Below, in pieces: positions 27,259 to 42,075 of a stretch of 64,000 bases of DNA. The notes below the pieces were generated by a model. That model was given only the letters and a program-made list of their open reading frames with translations. It ran no database searches and had not been told where the DNA came from. The translations under genes and the position numbers were made by a program. The DNA is from Octopus vulgaris (Eukaryota), in assembly GCA_951406725.2 (NCBI GenBank), contig OX597820.1:127968001-128032000 (forward strand), in the 5' to 3' direction. The first letter of the stretch is position 1; each line of letters opens with the position of its first letter.

Positions 27259-28102
27259 AACACATGTGTGCGTGCGTACACGAGCGTGTACATACATACA
27301 TACATACATACATACATACATACACACATACATACATACATACACACATACATACATACATACATACATACATACATACATACATGCATGCATAGAAAGA
27401 GAGAGTCGGAGAAACGATACTTTCAGGAATGTCCATTTTCTTTCGAGCTTTACTCATCAAAAATACCAGTCTTCAATAAACACCAACATTCTCCGATATC
27501 CCAGGAAATTCCTTGACACTGTCTGCTATGTACCTTCTCATGCGTTCCATTTTCAATACAACCCTATTTCGAACCACATTATCCAAAATAAGGTTCCCTT
27601 TCTGAGAGGCTACCATTGTTAACTTGAGGACAATTTAGCTGCTATTACTTTCATAACACAAGCAATCACCTCGAAATTCCACTCGATTCTTCTTCGTTTG
27701 TTTGCCTTTGTTACTGCTGCTTCTGCACTTGCTGCTGCTGCTGCCGCTGCCGTTACTGCTGCCGCTACCGCCGCCGCTGCTGCTGCCGAAGTAGCCGTTG
27801 TTTTGTCTTGTTGCTATTGCTGTTCGGAGTACATGTGTTATAGAGTGACTTTCGGTAAGTCTCACATATAAATAAGATGTATTTTGCAATGTTCTTTATA
27901 TCTTAATAGTTCTTTATAGTTTTATAGCGGGGGTGGCTGGTGAAGCGGGTGGGAGGGGCTCATATTTAACGATTTGTAGAATGTGTGCCTATATGCATGT
28001 ATGTGTGTATGTGTATTTGGGTGTGTGTGTGTACGTACGTATGTTTCATATATGTATGTACACATGCATGCATATATCCTTGTATCTATGTATGTATTTA
28101 CC

Positions 28103-28168
<66 letters not shown>

Positions 28169-28282
28169 AGCGTATGTATGTACATGCGTGGGTGTATATG
28201 TACACACACACACACACAGATGTAAACATATATATATATATATATATATATGTGTGTATATATATATATATATGTATGTGTG

Positions 28283-28339
<57 letters not shown>

Positions 28340-28518
28340 GCGTATGTGCGTGCGTATATGTGTGTGCCTGTCCCTGTATGTAAATATACACACACATATA
28401 TATATATTGGTACCCATGTTTATATGTATTCGTGTAGAATGCATTGGCGAATATATCTATGTAAGCATGTATTTATATCAGTACGTACATACATAGATTG
28501 CAACAAATACAAATGCTG

Positions 28519-28614
<96 letters not shown>

Positions 28615-28926
28615 CCCATCTATCAGGCAAACAATTTATCTATCTAACATGTGTGTGTGTGATTGTATTGACGTATACCTTCGTGCGTATATGCTTTCTC
28701 TTTTTGAGTAGAGTTTTAGAATTTATTTTCACCGGCGCCTTTTTCGGTGACAAGGTTGTAGCAAAAACAAGTTAATTTAAGAAGTGTACAGGATAAAGTC
28801 TTGTTCATTTCCTCATCCTTTGTGTATTTATTGTCCCGTGTATCGTGAACATTTTTAGTGTATATGTATGTATGTATCTGAGTATGCGTACATCCTTATA
28901 TGTATATTTGTGTCTGTAGGTGTATA

Positions 28927-28978
<52 letters not shown>

Positions 28979-29055
28979 TATAAAGATATATATATATAGA
29001 TAGATATGTATGCATATATATATTTATATATATTTATATATGTATATATATTTAC

Positions 29056-29122
<67 letters not shown>

Positions 29123-29331
29123 GTGTGTGTGTGTGTGTATGTGTGTGTATGTGTGTGCTTGTGTGTCTGTATTTGTCTGACTACCATCGCTTGACAACCG
29201 ATGTTGGTGTGTTGGCCTCCACAATAGAGTAAGTACTAGGCTTACAAAAAATAAGTTCTGAGTTCCATTTGTTCGACTAAAGGTGGTGCTCAAATGACAA
29301 ACAAATAATAGAATAGAATATATATATATAT

Positions 29332-29410
<79 letters not shown>

Positions 29411-29412
<2 letters not shown>

Positions 29413-29788
29413 CGCAGGAGTGGCTGTGTGGTAAGTAGCTTGTTTACCAACCACATGGTTCCGGGTTCAGTCCCACTGCGTGGTACCTCGGGCAAGTGTC
29501 TTGTGAGTGGATTTGATAGACGGAAAATGAAAGAAGCCCGTCGTATATATGTATATATATGTATGTATGTGTGTGTGTTTGTGTGTTTGTGTTTGTCCCC
29601 CTAGCATTGCTTGACAACCGATGCTGATGTGTTTATGTCCCCGTTACTTAGCGGTTCGGCAAAAGAGACCGTTAGAATAAGTACTGGGCTTACAAAAGAA
29701 TAAGTCCCGGGGTCGAGTTGCTCGATTAAAGGCGGTGCTCCAGCATGGCCGCAGTCAAATGACTGAAACAAGTAAAAGAGTAAAAGAG
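29411..29788 (+). mobile_element. Full-length tRNA-derived SINE family B (CORE-like centre, internal microsatellite)
   Basis: A box TGGCTGTGTGG, B box GGTTCAGTCCC, central gggcaagt and an AGTAAAAG-repeat tail. Further copies at 33400-33750, 34372-34740 and 36487-36885(+), with fragments at 18680-18830, 55640-55730 and 56745-56820. Confidence 0.9.
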
Positions 29789-30109
29789 ATATACATACAT
29801 ACACACAAAACACATACACACACACACACACACACGTATATATATATATTTATATATATATATATGCATGCCTAGCCCTCGTGTGTGACCCCTCTGTCCG
29901 GTATTCGCCATGATTGATCGCTTGTCGTAACACATTCTTTATTTTCTCTCCTTGTTTCTTTCTGTGTTCCGTTCTGTGGAAAAGCGTAGATTTGAAACGT
30001 TAAAAACTTTTTCACTTCCCGAGTGTTCAACTATTACATCTGTTTGTTGTCTACACCACCTGTCTTCGACTATTTTTTGTGAATTCTCCCCTACATATAT
30101 GTACATATT

Positions 30110-30174
30110 TGCTTACATAATACATACATGCATGCATGCATGCATATATACAGGCATACATACACACACACGCA

Positions 30175-30206
<32 letters not shown>

Positions 30207-30951
30207 CACGCATGCATGCATGCATGCATGCATGCATGCATACATACATACATACATACATACATACATACATACATACATACATACATACATACATACA
30301 TACATACATACATACATACATACATACATACATACATACATACATACATACATACATACATACATACATACATACATACATACATACATACATACATACA
30401 TACATACATACATACATACATACATACATACATACATACATACATACATACATACATACATACATACATACATACATACATACATACATACATACATACA
30501 TACATACATACATACATACATACATACATACATCAAAACAGATCGGTTTGGCGAATCGTAGGCTCATGCAACCGGTTTCAATGATTCTGTGGCGTTTAAA
30601 TTGCTCCCTAACCCTAAACGGTGCGGTTAGTGATTTTCTCAACTGAGTGGACTAGAGCAACGTGAAATGAGATGTTTTGCTCAAAAACACAACGCATCGC
30701 TCAGTCCAGGAATCGAAACCGTAATCTTACGATAATGGATACAACTCCCCTAACCACTAAGCCATGCAGACATACATACATGCACGCATAAATACATATA
30801 AATATACATACATTTATATATACATACATACATTTATGTATACATACATAAGTTCATTCATACATTCATACATACATACAGACATACATACATTCATACA
30901 TTCGTGCATACATACATACATTTATATATATATACACACACGCGTGCAGAC

Positions 30952-30982
<31 letters not shown>

Positions 30983-31243
30983 CATACATACATACATACA
31001 TACATACATACATACATACATACATACATACATACATTTATATATACATACACACACGCGTGCAGACTTGCATACATACATACATACATACATAATACAT
31101 ACATACATACATAATACATACACACATACATACATACATACATACATATATACATACATGCATACACACATGCATACATACATACATACATACATACATA
31201 CATACATACATACATACATACATACATACATACATACATACAC

Positions 31244-31276
<33 letters not shown>

Positions 31277-31370
31277 CATACATTCATACACACATGCATA
31301 CATACATACATACATACATAAATACATACATACATACATACATACATACATACATACATACATACATACA

Positions 31371-31400
<30 letters not shown>
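30110..31400. repeat. Long (CATA)n/(CATG)n arrays with a family D SINE fragment at ~30640-30765
   Basis: Direct reading. Confidence 0.95.
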
Positions 31401-31401
<1 letters not shown>

Positions 31402-31944
31402 GTAGTTGATTGTCAGAATCATTAGAGCGTCCGTCAGGTTACCACGTGATATTTGTTCCGGTTCTTCGCGCTCCGAATTGTTATTCCGCTCGGGTGAATA
31501 TTGTGTTTCGTTCCTTTAGCGTCGCTAAATAAAGTACTTGCCCCGTACTTGGTACTTCCCTCCTTCCTCTCCAGCTATCACATCCCGGATGTTGTCTTGG
31601 GTCAAAGGTTGTAGGGTCGAGTAGGGTCACCTGATGTGTTAGAGAAAGTAAGGTTTATTACTACTACCGGGACATCACTTCGACTGCGCGTGACAGCCGA
31701 TCGACCTGGTGCGAAGGTAAAATTCCGGCGAATTAACAAGAAGTGAGTTGGTGATCTGGTTTCAATTCCGAACAGAATCATTTCATTTTCATTCTGTACG
31801 TTCCCCATCGACAGCATTATCTATGAATCCACCGTTGTATTAACATGTACTCTGGAGAAATGTGGATAGTGATATTACAGAACATTAACAGGAAAATGAA
31901 AACATTGTTATATGCCTCGACGATCCAAATAAATGTTGTGGATC

Positions 31945-31977
31945 ATTACACACACACACACACAGACGTGTACATAG

Positions 31978-32009
<32 letters not shown>

Positions 32010-32018
32010 GTGTACATA

Positions 32019-32053
<35 letters not shown>

Positions 32054-32146
32054 GTGTACATAGACACATGTATTCATCCCACTATTAATCTATTTGTCCA
32101 TTCCTCTATCTCGCAAGCCATCTGTCTATCTTTCTGTCTGTCTATT

Positions 32147-32177
<31 letters not shown>

Positions 32178-32255
32178 GTATGTGTGCGTGTAGGTATGCA
32201 TGTATATATCTGAGAGTATGTATACATCGTTATATGTCTATCTCTCTGTCTACCC

Positions 32256-32318
<63 letters not shown>

Positions 32319-32320
32319 CG

Positions 32321-32386
<66 letters not shown>

Positions 32387-32412
32387 AATCTATCTATCTA
32401 TCTATTTATCCG

Positions 32413-32457
<45 letters not shown>

Positions 32458-32460
32458 GTA

Positions 32461-32511
<51 letters not shown>

Positions 32512-33060
32512 GTCTGTCTCTCTATCTATCTGTAAACATACATACATTTACCCACACACACATATATACGCACAAACAACACACAAATGTGGCTGTACAC
32601 ACGTAAAAAGATATCTTTATTATTTAGTACAGTCATACATGAAATAGATACGGCAAAGTTTACTCATTCGAAATCAACGTTAGCTATTCACATACATACA
32701 TACATATATACATACATACATACATACATACATACATTCATACATACATACATACATACATACATACATACATACATACATTCATACATACATACATACA
32801 TACATACATACATACATTCATACATACATACATACATACATACATACATACATACATTCATACATACATACATACATACATACATACATACATACATACA
32901 TACGTACATACATACATACATACATACATACATACATGCATAGATACATACATACATACATACATACATACATACATACATACATACAGACGTACTTACT
33001 CATGCATACATATATACATAGAAGCATACATACTTGCTTACATATACACATATTTACGTA

Positions 33061-33108
<48 letters not shown>

Positions 33109-33164
33109 TGCGCACACATATACATGCCTACATACATACCATACAAACATGCATACGTACTTAT

Positions 33165-33209
<45 letters not shown>

Positions 33210-33360
33210 CATATATGCATGCATACACATATACGTCCATGCATACTTACATATACATACATACATACATACATACATACATACATACATACACACATAC
33301 ACACACATACATACACACACATACATACATACACACACACACATATACATACATACTCTC
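31945..33360. repeat. Compound (CA)n, (TATC)n, (TCTG)n and (CATA)n microsatellites
   Basis: Direct reading; includes a three-fold repeated unit (CA)n-gacgtgtacataga. Confidence 0.95.
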
Positions 33361-35134
33361 CAAATTCACTCGAAAATTGGCAAAACATTCTGAAGAAAGT
33401 CCTCATTGCTGTGTAGTTAAGAAGCTTATTTTGCAACCACGTGGTTTTGGGTTCAGTCACACTGCGCGGTAGTGGGAAAGTATCTGCTGACCAATTTCTT
33501 GTGGGGGAATTTAGTATTCGGAAACTGAGTATATGTGTGTATGTGTGTTTGTGCTTGTACCCCCTCCATCGCTTGATAACCGGAGTCGCTTTGTTTACGT
33601 CTTCATAATTTCGCGGTTCGACTAATGAGTCCGATATGTTAAGTGATATACTTTTAAAAAATTTGTACTGAGGGCAATTTGTTCGGCTGAACACCTTCGA
33701 AAGTGGTGCCTCTGTATGGCAGTAGTCCAATGATTAAAACAAATAATAAAAAAAAACATTAATATTGCCTATAACGAACACACACACAATCACATGCGCA
33801 CACAACAATACGTACACATTTCCATTTCCATATGAAATCACTCATATGCGAAATACGCCAAATTAACACTATACACAAAACACATGTAACTGACGAAGCG
33901 TATTCACGCTTCGCACAGGCATTTTAAAAACATACTTTGGCGTGTAAACACCCGTTCATATTGAAATATCGAACATCTATGTGAAGTCGCGTGACTTAGT
34001 AATTAGGGTGTTAGACCCATGAGCGAAATACTTCACGCAAAATACTTCCCGCTGCACAAGTCCGCTCAGCTGACAAAAATGAGTAATCCTGCGACGGATC
34101 GGCATCCGGACTAGAGTGGAATATATGCGCCACGGAAACCGGTAAACCGGCCCTATGAGTCTATATGACGCGGGAAAGACCTTTATCCATTTTCCTTTTT
34201 ACACAATCATATTCACAAATTCTGGAGAACTGTTATGACTTACACAAAGACATTTTGCTACATTGTATTGACTGGTTTGAATTAAGCCTACCACCACACC
34301 CAAAGTAAAAAATAATAAATAAAATCTACCTACATATACCTGTAAGCATATACAGACATGTATACACACAAACGTGGCTGTGTGGTAAAAAGCTCGCTTC
34401 CCAGCCACATGGTTCCGAGTTCAGTCCCAATGCGTGGCACCTTGGGCAAGTGTTTGCTGCCATAACCCCAAGCCCATCGAAGGCTTGTGAGTGGATTTGG
34501 TAGACGAAAGAAGCACGTCGTGTATGTCTTTGTGTATGTGTTTGTACCCAACATCACCACCACTTGACAACTGGCGTGTGTATGCTTAGGTCTCAGAATG
34601 AGTACCAGAGACCAATAGAATAAGTACCAGGCTTAACAAAAAAATAATAAGTATTGGGGTCAATTCGTTCGATTAAAATTTTTCAAGGCGGTGCCCCAGC
34701 ATGGCCACAGTCTAATGACTGAAATAAGTAAAAGATAAACACATAACTAAATGGAAATAGAAATTATAGCTATGTTGTTTACTTCAGACACAGTTGAAGT
34801 ACAGTAAACCAGAGAGCAAAGTATTGCCTGTTCCTAATTAACTTTCGGTAACTATAATAAAATAAATAAATGTGCCCTTTTAAAGCCTAGCCAGGCTCAT
34901 GGGCCCGGTTTCCCGGTTTCTGTGGCGTATGTGTTCCCCAGCTGAACGAAACGCCAGTCCGTCGCAGCGTTACTCATTTTGCCATCTGAGTGGACTGGAG
35001 CAACGTGAAATGCAGTGTTTTGCTCAGGAACACAACGTGTCACCCGGTCCAGGAATCGAAACCACAATCTTACGATCATGATGCTGACACCTTAACCACT
35101 AAGCCACACGCCTCCACTCGGTAACCATAATAAC

Positions 35135-36205
35135 TGTTTCTAATTTAGGCAGAAGGGCAGCAGTTTTGAGGGGAAGGATTAGTCAATACCATCGATCCAA
35201 GTGCTTGACTCGTATAAAAAATAAAAAGAGGAAAATTTGAACTCAGAATGTAAACGGCGGGAATGAATACTGCATGATATTCTTTCTGATGCTTTATCAT
35301 TTCTGCCAGCTTGCTGCATTTCTGATCATCTACGATAATGATCTTTGATTTAGGCGCAAAACCAGCAGTTTTCAAGGGAGAATTTAATCGATGCTATCGA
35401 GCCTATTACACGATTGCTTCTTTATCGACTTCTTAAAGATTGAAATGCAAAGCTGATCCCGATAGAATTTGAACTCAGAACGTAAAGATCCGGAAGAAAT
35501 GCCGCTTAGTATTTTTTCCGATGAGCTAATGATTATGTCAGCTCGGATGTAATTCTTTCTGCTGTAGGCACAAGGCCGGAAATTTTGTAGGAGAGGGTTA
35601 GTGAATTACATCAACCCGGGTGCTCAATTGTTACTTTTCTGTCGACTTCTAAAGGATGGAAGTCAAAGTCGACCTCAGCGGAATTTGAACTCAGAACATA
35701 ATGAACCGCAAAAAATGCCGTATAGCACACTTTCAGACACGCTAACGATTCTGTCAGCTTGCTATAATAATTATTTCTATTATAGACACAAGGCCTTAAA
35801 TTTTGTGGGAGGGGTACAGTCGATTATATCGACCCCACTGCTTAATTGGTACTTATTTCATCAATCTTGAAAGGATGAAAGGCAAAGTCGACCTCGGCGG
35901 AATTTGAACTCAGAACGTAACGACGGGTGAAATACTGCTAAACATTTCGTCCAGCTTGCTAACGATTCTGCCATCTCGCCGCAATAATAATTGTTTCTAC
36001 TGGAGGCACAAAGCCTCAGATTTATGAGGAGGGGACTAGTCGATTACATCGACCTCAATGTTTCACTGGTACTTAATTTATCGACCCCGAAAAGGTGAAA
36101 GGCAAAGTCGACCTCGGAGGAAATTGAACTCAGAACGTAGTGACGGGTGAAATACCGCTAAGCATTTCGTCCAGCTGGCTAACGCTTCTACCAGTTCACC
36201 GCTAT
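35135..36205 (-). mobile_element. Head-to-tail array of five family A SINE copies
   Basis: GAATTTGAACTCAGAA-type motif recurs at ~35230, 35465, 35680, 35900 and 36120, about every 220 bp, with short TAA-rich linkers. Confidence 0.85.
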
Positions 36206-37716
36206 AATAATGAACTGCTTTGATTTTATAAGATTAAATATTCATGTAGCTATGTTAATGCATGTCTCAGATGTGTTAGTAACTGGAATGAAATGATAAG
36301 AAAGAAATAGAAGTGTTCAGTTCAGTCTACAGAATAAGTTTAATATATACCCTAAGATCCATTTTATTAAATTCAACCAAGAAGTTAACGAGTGAAGAAC
36401 CAGGAAGAGCCTGCTATGCCAATGGCTAGAATGGCCTCTTATCCAGGTAAACCCGGAACGGAAATTTCTTTCTCTTTTCTAAGCACTGGAGTGGTTGTGT
36501 GGTTAAGAAATTTACTTCGCAATCATGTAGTTTCGAGTTCAGTCCCACTGCATGGCACCTTGAACAAATATTTCTACTATTGAACCCATCCAACCAGTGC
36601 CTAATGAGTGAATATGATAGACAGAACCTGTACGGAAGCCTGTCGTGTATACGTTTGTGCGTGTGCGTGTATGCTTTTATTGTGTTTGACATTCCTCCAC
36701 CGACTGCTAACTGGTGTCAGTTTGTTTATGCCTCCGAAAATACTGCAGTTCGGCACAGTGAGATCGACAAGATAATCATCTGACTTAAAACAAATGCTGA
36801 GGTTGATTTCTTCGTCTAAACCCTTCAAAGTGGTGTATCAGCATGACTGCAGTTTAATGACTGAAGCAAGTAAAAGAATAAAATAAAATATAACCAACAT
36901 TTGGCATGAATTTACACGACTAACTTTTAGTACCGCTAATGCTGGTAAGAAACTGTAATGTGGATGTTAGCATATTTCTGTTGTGGTTCTTTTACAATTT
37001 TTTCTGACTTTGGTTTGTGTCACTCACTTAGCATGTAACGTGGTGAAGACAGCTGAGGTACGTATCCTTCATATCCAAAATAACTGCCTAATAACTGAAA
37101 AATAAAAGTAAGGAAAACTAGTGAAAGATATAATTATTTTTTATTCATCCTACTTAATCCTTAATTGAAATATTGAGCTTCCTAACTTCACTAGTTTCTG
37201 AGATACCAGAGTGAACGCTGAAATAACTAAATGAAGCAAACAAACGCGGTAAAAACAGTGACATATGATGTTTCATATGATTGGGTGTATTGAATAGAGG
37301 CGGTGTTAGCAGTGATGCATTATAATTAGCCCTCATCGTCGTAACCGACGGAGTGCTCCTATATATATTATAATTATAGCGAGAAATTAGAACCTACACT
37401 AGGTTGAATTCTACTTTAGGACATTTGTATGTGTATAAACTACATCTATGCTTTTGTAGTTCTATAACAACAGTAAGCACACTAATAATTTACAAGGAGC
37501 AGGTGGAAGAGAAGGGTGTGAGGATATAGGGATAGAAATGCTCCCTTCAAACAAACTGAACTATAATAATAGGGAGTTTCTGCTGAAAAACATCATTCAA
37601 AATCTTTCTTGTCCCTTGACAAAGGATGATTGTCCAAAACGCTTAGCACTCTTCAGTTTCTTTCTTACACAGAAAATAAATTGTTTTGTACCATTGCTTG
37701 TTTTGTTTTCTGTCCC

Positions 37717-37773
37717 TTTAACAGTTTCGGATACCTTTAACAGTTTCGGATACCTTTGACAGTTTCGGAACCG
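37717..37773. repeat. 19-bp tandem repeat x3 (tttaacagtttcggatacc)
   Basis: Direct reading. Confidence 0.9.
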
Positions 37774-38204
37774 ACACGAAACAGTATTAGTTGTTACTGC
37801 GTTTGTTGCTGTCTACAATAACGACATTCTCACAATGATGTTATCTTCACGCCGTGCCAGAGGGGCGGAATAAATGATTAATCATGGAGTTTATATGAAA
37901 ATATTGTCACAAACTGAAATCCTAAGTTTTTATTTAATTATTAATTTAGCCACGAGACTACGTTTATCTAGGTGAGTAAGGTGAATCAGTCATTTGTATG
38001 GAATCCAGGATGTAAGTAGCAAATGCTTTAACGACCCTTAATAGAATGAGAAACAAAGTTGGCTCCAACATAATTTGAAAACAGAACGTAAGGCTACGAA
38101 ACTAATTACCACAAGGTATTTTATCTGCTGCTCTTCTGATTCTAACAATTCATCTCCTTGGGGTTATAAAAAAAACACTTTCCTAAAATATGACACTAAA
38201 TGAA

Positions 38205-38765
38205 GTACTCAAAACACTGCACAACACAACACTGCAACACTTGTACGAGAACAGTGCAGTACACTGTACTGTCGTAGTGTACAAAGACTACAAAAGTGTT
38301 GTACAAATGTACAATGTAACATGGCGTATTTCCACAAAATTGTATGATACCACCATACCATGAAACTGACCCTCAGCAAAGCAGCATACTGCACGCACTG
38401 TAATACTGTTTTACAGAGCCATACTGCAAGGTACTGTACAACAGCACTGCACAAGAACATTGTACAAATACACGACATAACACTGTACTATTACACTGTA
38501 CTTCAACACTGCATTCGTACTCTAGAGCAATACTTCACTACTACACTGCATGACAATGCACTATCACATCACATTGCTATACTGCACTACATAGCATTGC
38601 AGTACCGCACATCATTGTGCTACAACACCAAACTCAACTGCTACACCACACTAGAACACTACTTTACATGGCATTACTGCACTGTTCTTCCTTGTATAAC
38701 AACACCTCATTACTACACTACATTACAGCTCGAGACGGCACTACCAGAAACACTAGAACAGAGGT
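38205..38765. repeat. Degenerate short-period satellite (CACTG/TACTG/CACAA-type units)
   Basis: Recurrent cactgc, tactgt and acaaca words with strong C/A strand bias. Confidence 0.6.
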
Positions 38766-39473
38766 GACTATTTTATTTTACGAGACAACAAACGACTAAA
38801 GTGGCACTCCACCTACAAGAGATAATATCTAAATATCTGAATCCACCAGAAAAGCTCACCTTACTGTGTTAAAACAAAGTAATGTCATGTTGGATAAAGT
38901 AGTCATATGCATAACACATTAAAAATACAGGGTGGTTACGATTTGATAGTATTTGATCTTAAGTCAACTCAAATAGAGCTGACCTGGAGCCAAACAACAA
39001 CATTAGCGATGTACTGTATGACATTTACATAGTTACACTATATTACACTATTAGTATGAAGTTAATAACGATCTTTTCCGACTTCTATAGACTCGTAGGG
39101 CCAGTTTCCCAGTTTCCCTGGGGCATATATTTTCCACCTGGATGGGACGCCTGTCTGTCGCAGGATTACTCATGTTTGCCAGCTGAGTGGACTGGAGCAA
39201 CGTGAAATGAAGTGTTTTGCTCAAGAACACAACGCGTCGCCCGGTCCAGGAATGGAAACCACAATCTTAAGATCATGAGTCTAACACCTTAATCTCTAAG
39301 CCACGCGCCTCTACAAGTATGCAGTTAATAACACTTCACCAGGTGTGTATAACAACAACGAAAAGGAATGAACTATACGGTATTGCCATGCTTTCACTGT
39401 TGATTGTACAAAGAATACGGTTTCGATACCTTGTTGCGTCACATAATTTACTACTTACAAGTTTTCTTTTGGC

Positions 39474-39518
<45 letters not shown>

Positions 39519-39744
39519 GGGAGAAAAAGAGAGCGCGGAGATGATGTGTAAACGAGAACAACCAGGTGCGATTGTTAGGAACAAAGAAACAGTGAAAGAA
39601 AAAGATGGAATGAAAGCAGTTTCTTTTGTAGAAATTCCAAAGGGCTGAGAAAGTGTGTGTGTGTATGAGAGAGAGAGGGGGGGAGTGAGTGAGAGAGAGA
39701 GAGACTGAGAGAGAGAGAAACATACAAACAGAGATAGATCGATC

Positions 39745-39939
<195 letters not shown>

Positions 39940-40359
39940 GGAGAAACGGAGAAAGAGAAAGACAGACGGACAAACAGACAGACTGGCAGAAGGAAATAGA
40001 GAAAGTGAAAAGGAGAGAGAGATAAGGTTTACTTGAGCAATAAGTAAGAAAATTTGTCTAGAAACAACAGAAAGTATGGGAGAAGAATAGGGGGAAAATA
40101 TTGATTTCAAATTTTGACACAAAGCCAGCAATTTCGGGAGAGGGGTAAATTCGGTTATATTGACTCCAGTGTTTAACTTGTACTTATTTTACTGACACCG
40201 AAAGGATGACAGGTACAGTCGACCTCGAAATAAGGTACAATATTGAAATAAAAAATCTCAAAGCGAGAGAGAAAGAAAGAGAGAAGAAGAGATAGAGAGA
40301 TGGCAATGAAAATGACTATACACTGGGAAGTATATAAATATATATGTGTGTGTGTGTGT

Positions 40360-40658
40360 GGAAGCGCAATGGCCCATTGGTTAGGGCAGTGGACTCGCGG
40401 TTTCGATTCCTAGACCGGGCGTTGTGATTGTGTAATGAACGAAAACACCTAAAGCTCCATGAGGCTCCGGCAGAGGATGGTGGTGATCCCTGCTGTACTC
40501 TGTCGCCACAACTTTCTCTCTCTCTCTTTCTTCTGTTGGCCTGCTCGCTTAGCCAGCGGGGCGGCGTCATTTGAAAGCTAAAACAATACGAAGCGCATTG
40601 TGACCAGCGAAGTGTAGCAACACCTGATAGCCTGGTCGGTCACGGTGAGCACGGTGAT
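40360..40658 (+). mobile_element. SINE family C (tail variant Y)
   Basis: Highly similar to 55891-56191. Confidence 0.9.
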
Positions 40659-41363
40659 ATATATATAAACTTCTCTGTATATAGTCATTTTCAAAAATAC
40701 ACACATAAACACAAGTGGGGCGATAAAGAACGATAGATAGATAAACACAGGTACGATGAAAATCGGATAGAGAAAAGAAAAGAGGGGGAAGTTAAAGCAA
40801 TGGCTACGGGCTCATTAAGAAAGAGAGAAAGAAATAGCGGGGCACTAAACGGTATAAAAAGGGTCAAGAGTGCTATATGGGGAGGTAGACACACACACAC
40901 ACAATACAGACACACATGCGTGCATTCATATGGATAAGATAGAGTGACTGGTATACAGACGCACGTATACACAAGTGTTCACCCACTCAGAGAGAATGTG
41001 TATATATATAAAGAAGCATTCACACATACAGCCACACACATACTGAAAGACATGCACACAAAGAAATGTTCACACAACTACACACGCGAAGAGTGTGTGT
41101 GTGAGAGTGAGAGAAAGAGAGAGAGAGAGAGAGAGAAGCAATGACATAAACAGACACTGCATAGACATGAAACATACAGACAAAAGCATGTACACGCACA
41201 CACACACACATTCGCGCGCTCGCACACACACTTGGAATTATAGAAGTATGCATGCACACACACACATACAGAAAAAAACACTCACACAAAACAAACTCAT
41301 ACAATCAAACATGATAATACTCATATGCAGATAGAGAGTGAGGAAAGGGAGAGAAAAATGGTA

Positions 41364-41397
<34 letters not shown>

Positions 41398-42075
41398 GCA
41401 GCATGTTGGAAGAGCGATATTGCCAGAGTGCGAAAGAGTACAAAAAAGAACGAAAGAAAAAAGAAAGAGAAGTAACCGAAAGAATTACGTAAATAAATAC
41501 ATTGTGAATGAATGAGCGAGACAGGCAGAAAGAAAGGAGCGCGGAAATAAAGAAAGAGGGGAGGAGGTGGGTGGGTGAAATGATTAGGGTTTAGACAAGA
41601 TTCTTTAGTAATTAAAATTGTGATTGTAACATTTGAGGCTTGTTCGTCAGTGTATGAGAATAGAAACAGCAGCAGCGGCAGCGGCAGCAGCAGCAGCAGC
41701 AGCAGTATAATGAGCAACAATAACAACTACAACAACAACGGCAGCAACAATGAAATTTTAGACAAAAACAAAACTTTTGTATTTGATGAAAAGCGTGTGC
41801 GAAACAAAGAACGCCATTTGATTAAAGGAGCAGTTGTTATTACCTGTAGAGCACACCTTGAATTGGTTGTTTTTTTTATAAGGCAATAATGGCGGTGGCG
41901 GCGGTGGCGATGGCGGCGGTGGCGGCGGTGGCGGTGGCGGCGGCGGCGGTGGCGGCGATGGCGGTGGCGGCGATGGCGGGGGTCTGATGAACGATTTTGC
42001 TCATAGTATTTGGCTGTCAGATAAATTCGTTCGTTTTTGTTGTTTTTTTGCTACTTTTATCTATATTCATATATA

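Noticed and set aside
27635-27889. Gly/Ser-rich minus-strand ORF resembling a low-complexity exon
   Set aside because: Driven by a (GCT/GCC)n tract; no convincing splice sites or domain.
29952-31422. Long YIHT/MYVC-repeat ORFs (also at 5.2-5.9, 17.6-18.4, 27-28.7, 32-33.7 and 45.4-45.8 kb)
   Set aside because: (CATA)n, (TA)n and (CA)n microsatellites lack stop codons by construction.
41889-41982. GC-rich ATG-initiated poly-Ala/Gly stretch
   Set aside because: Short (GGC)n microsatellite closed by immediate stops; no promoter or exon support.
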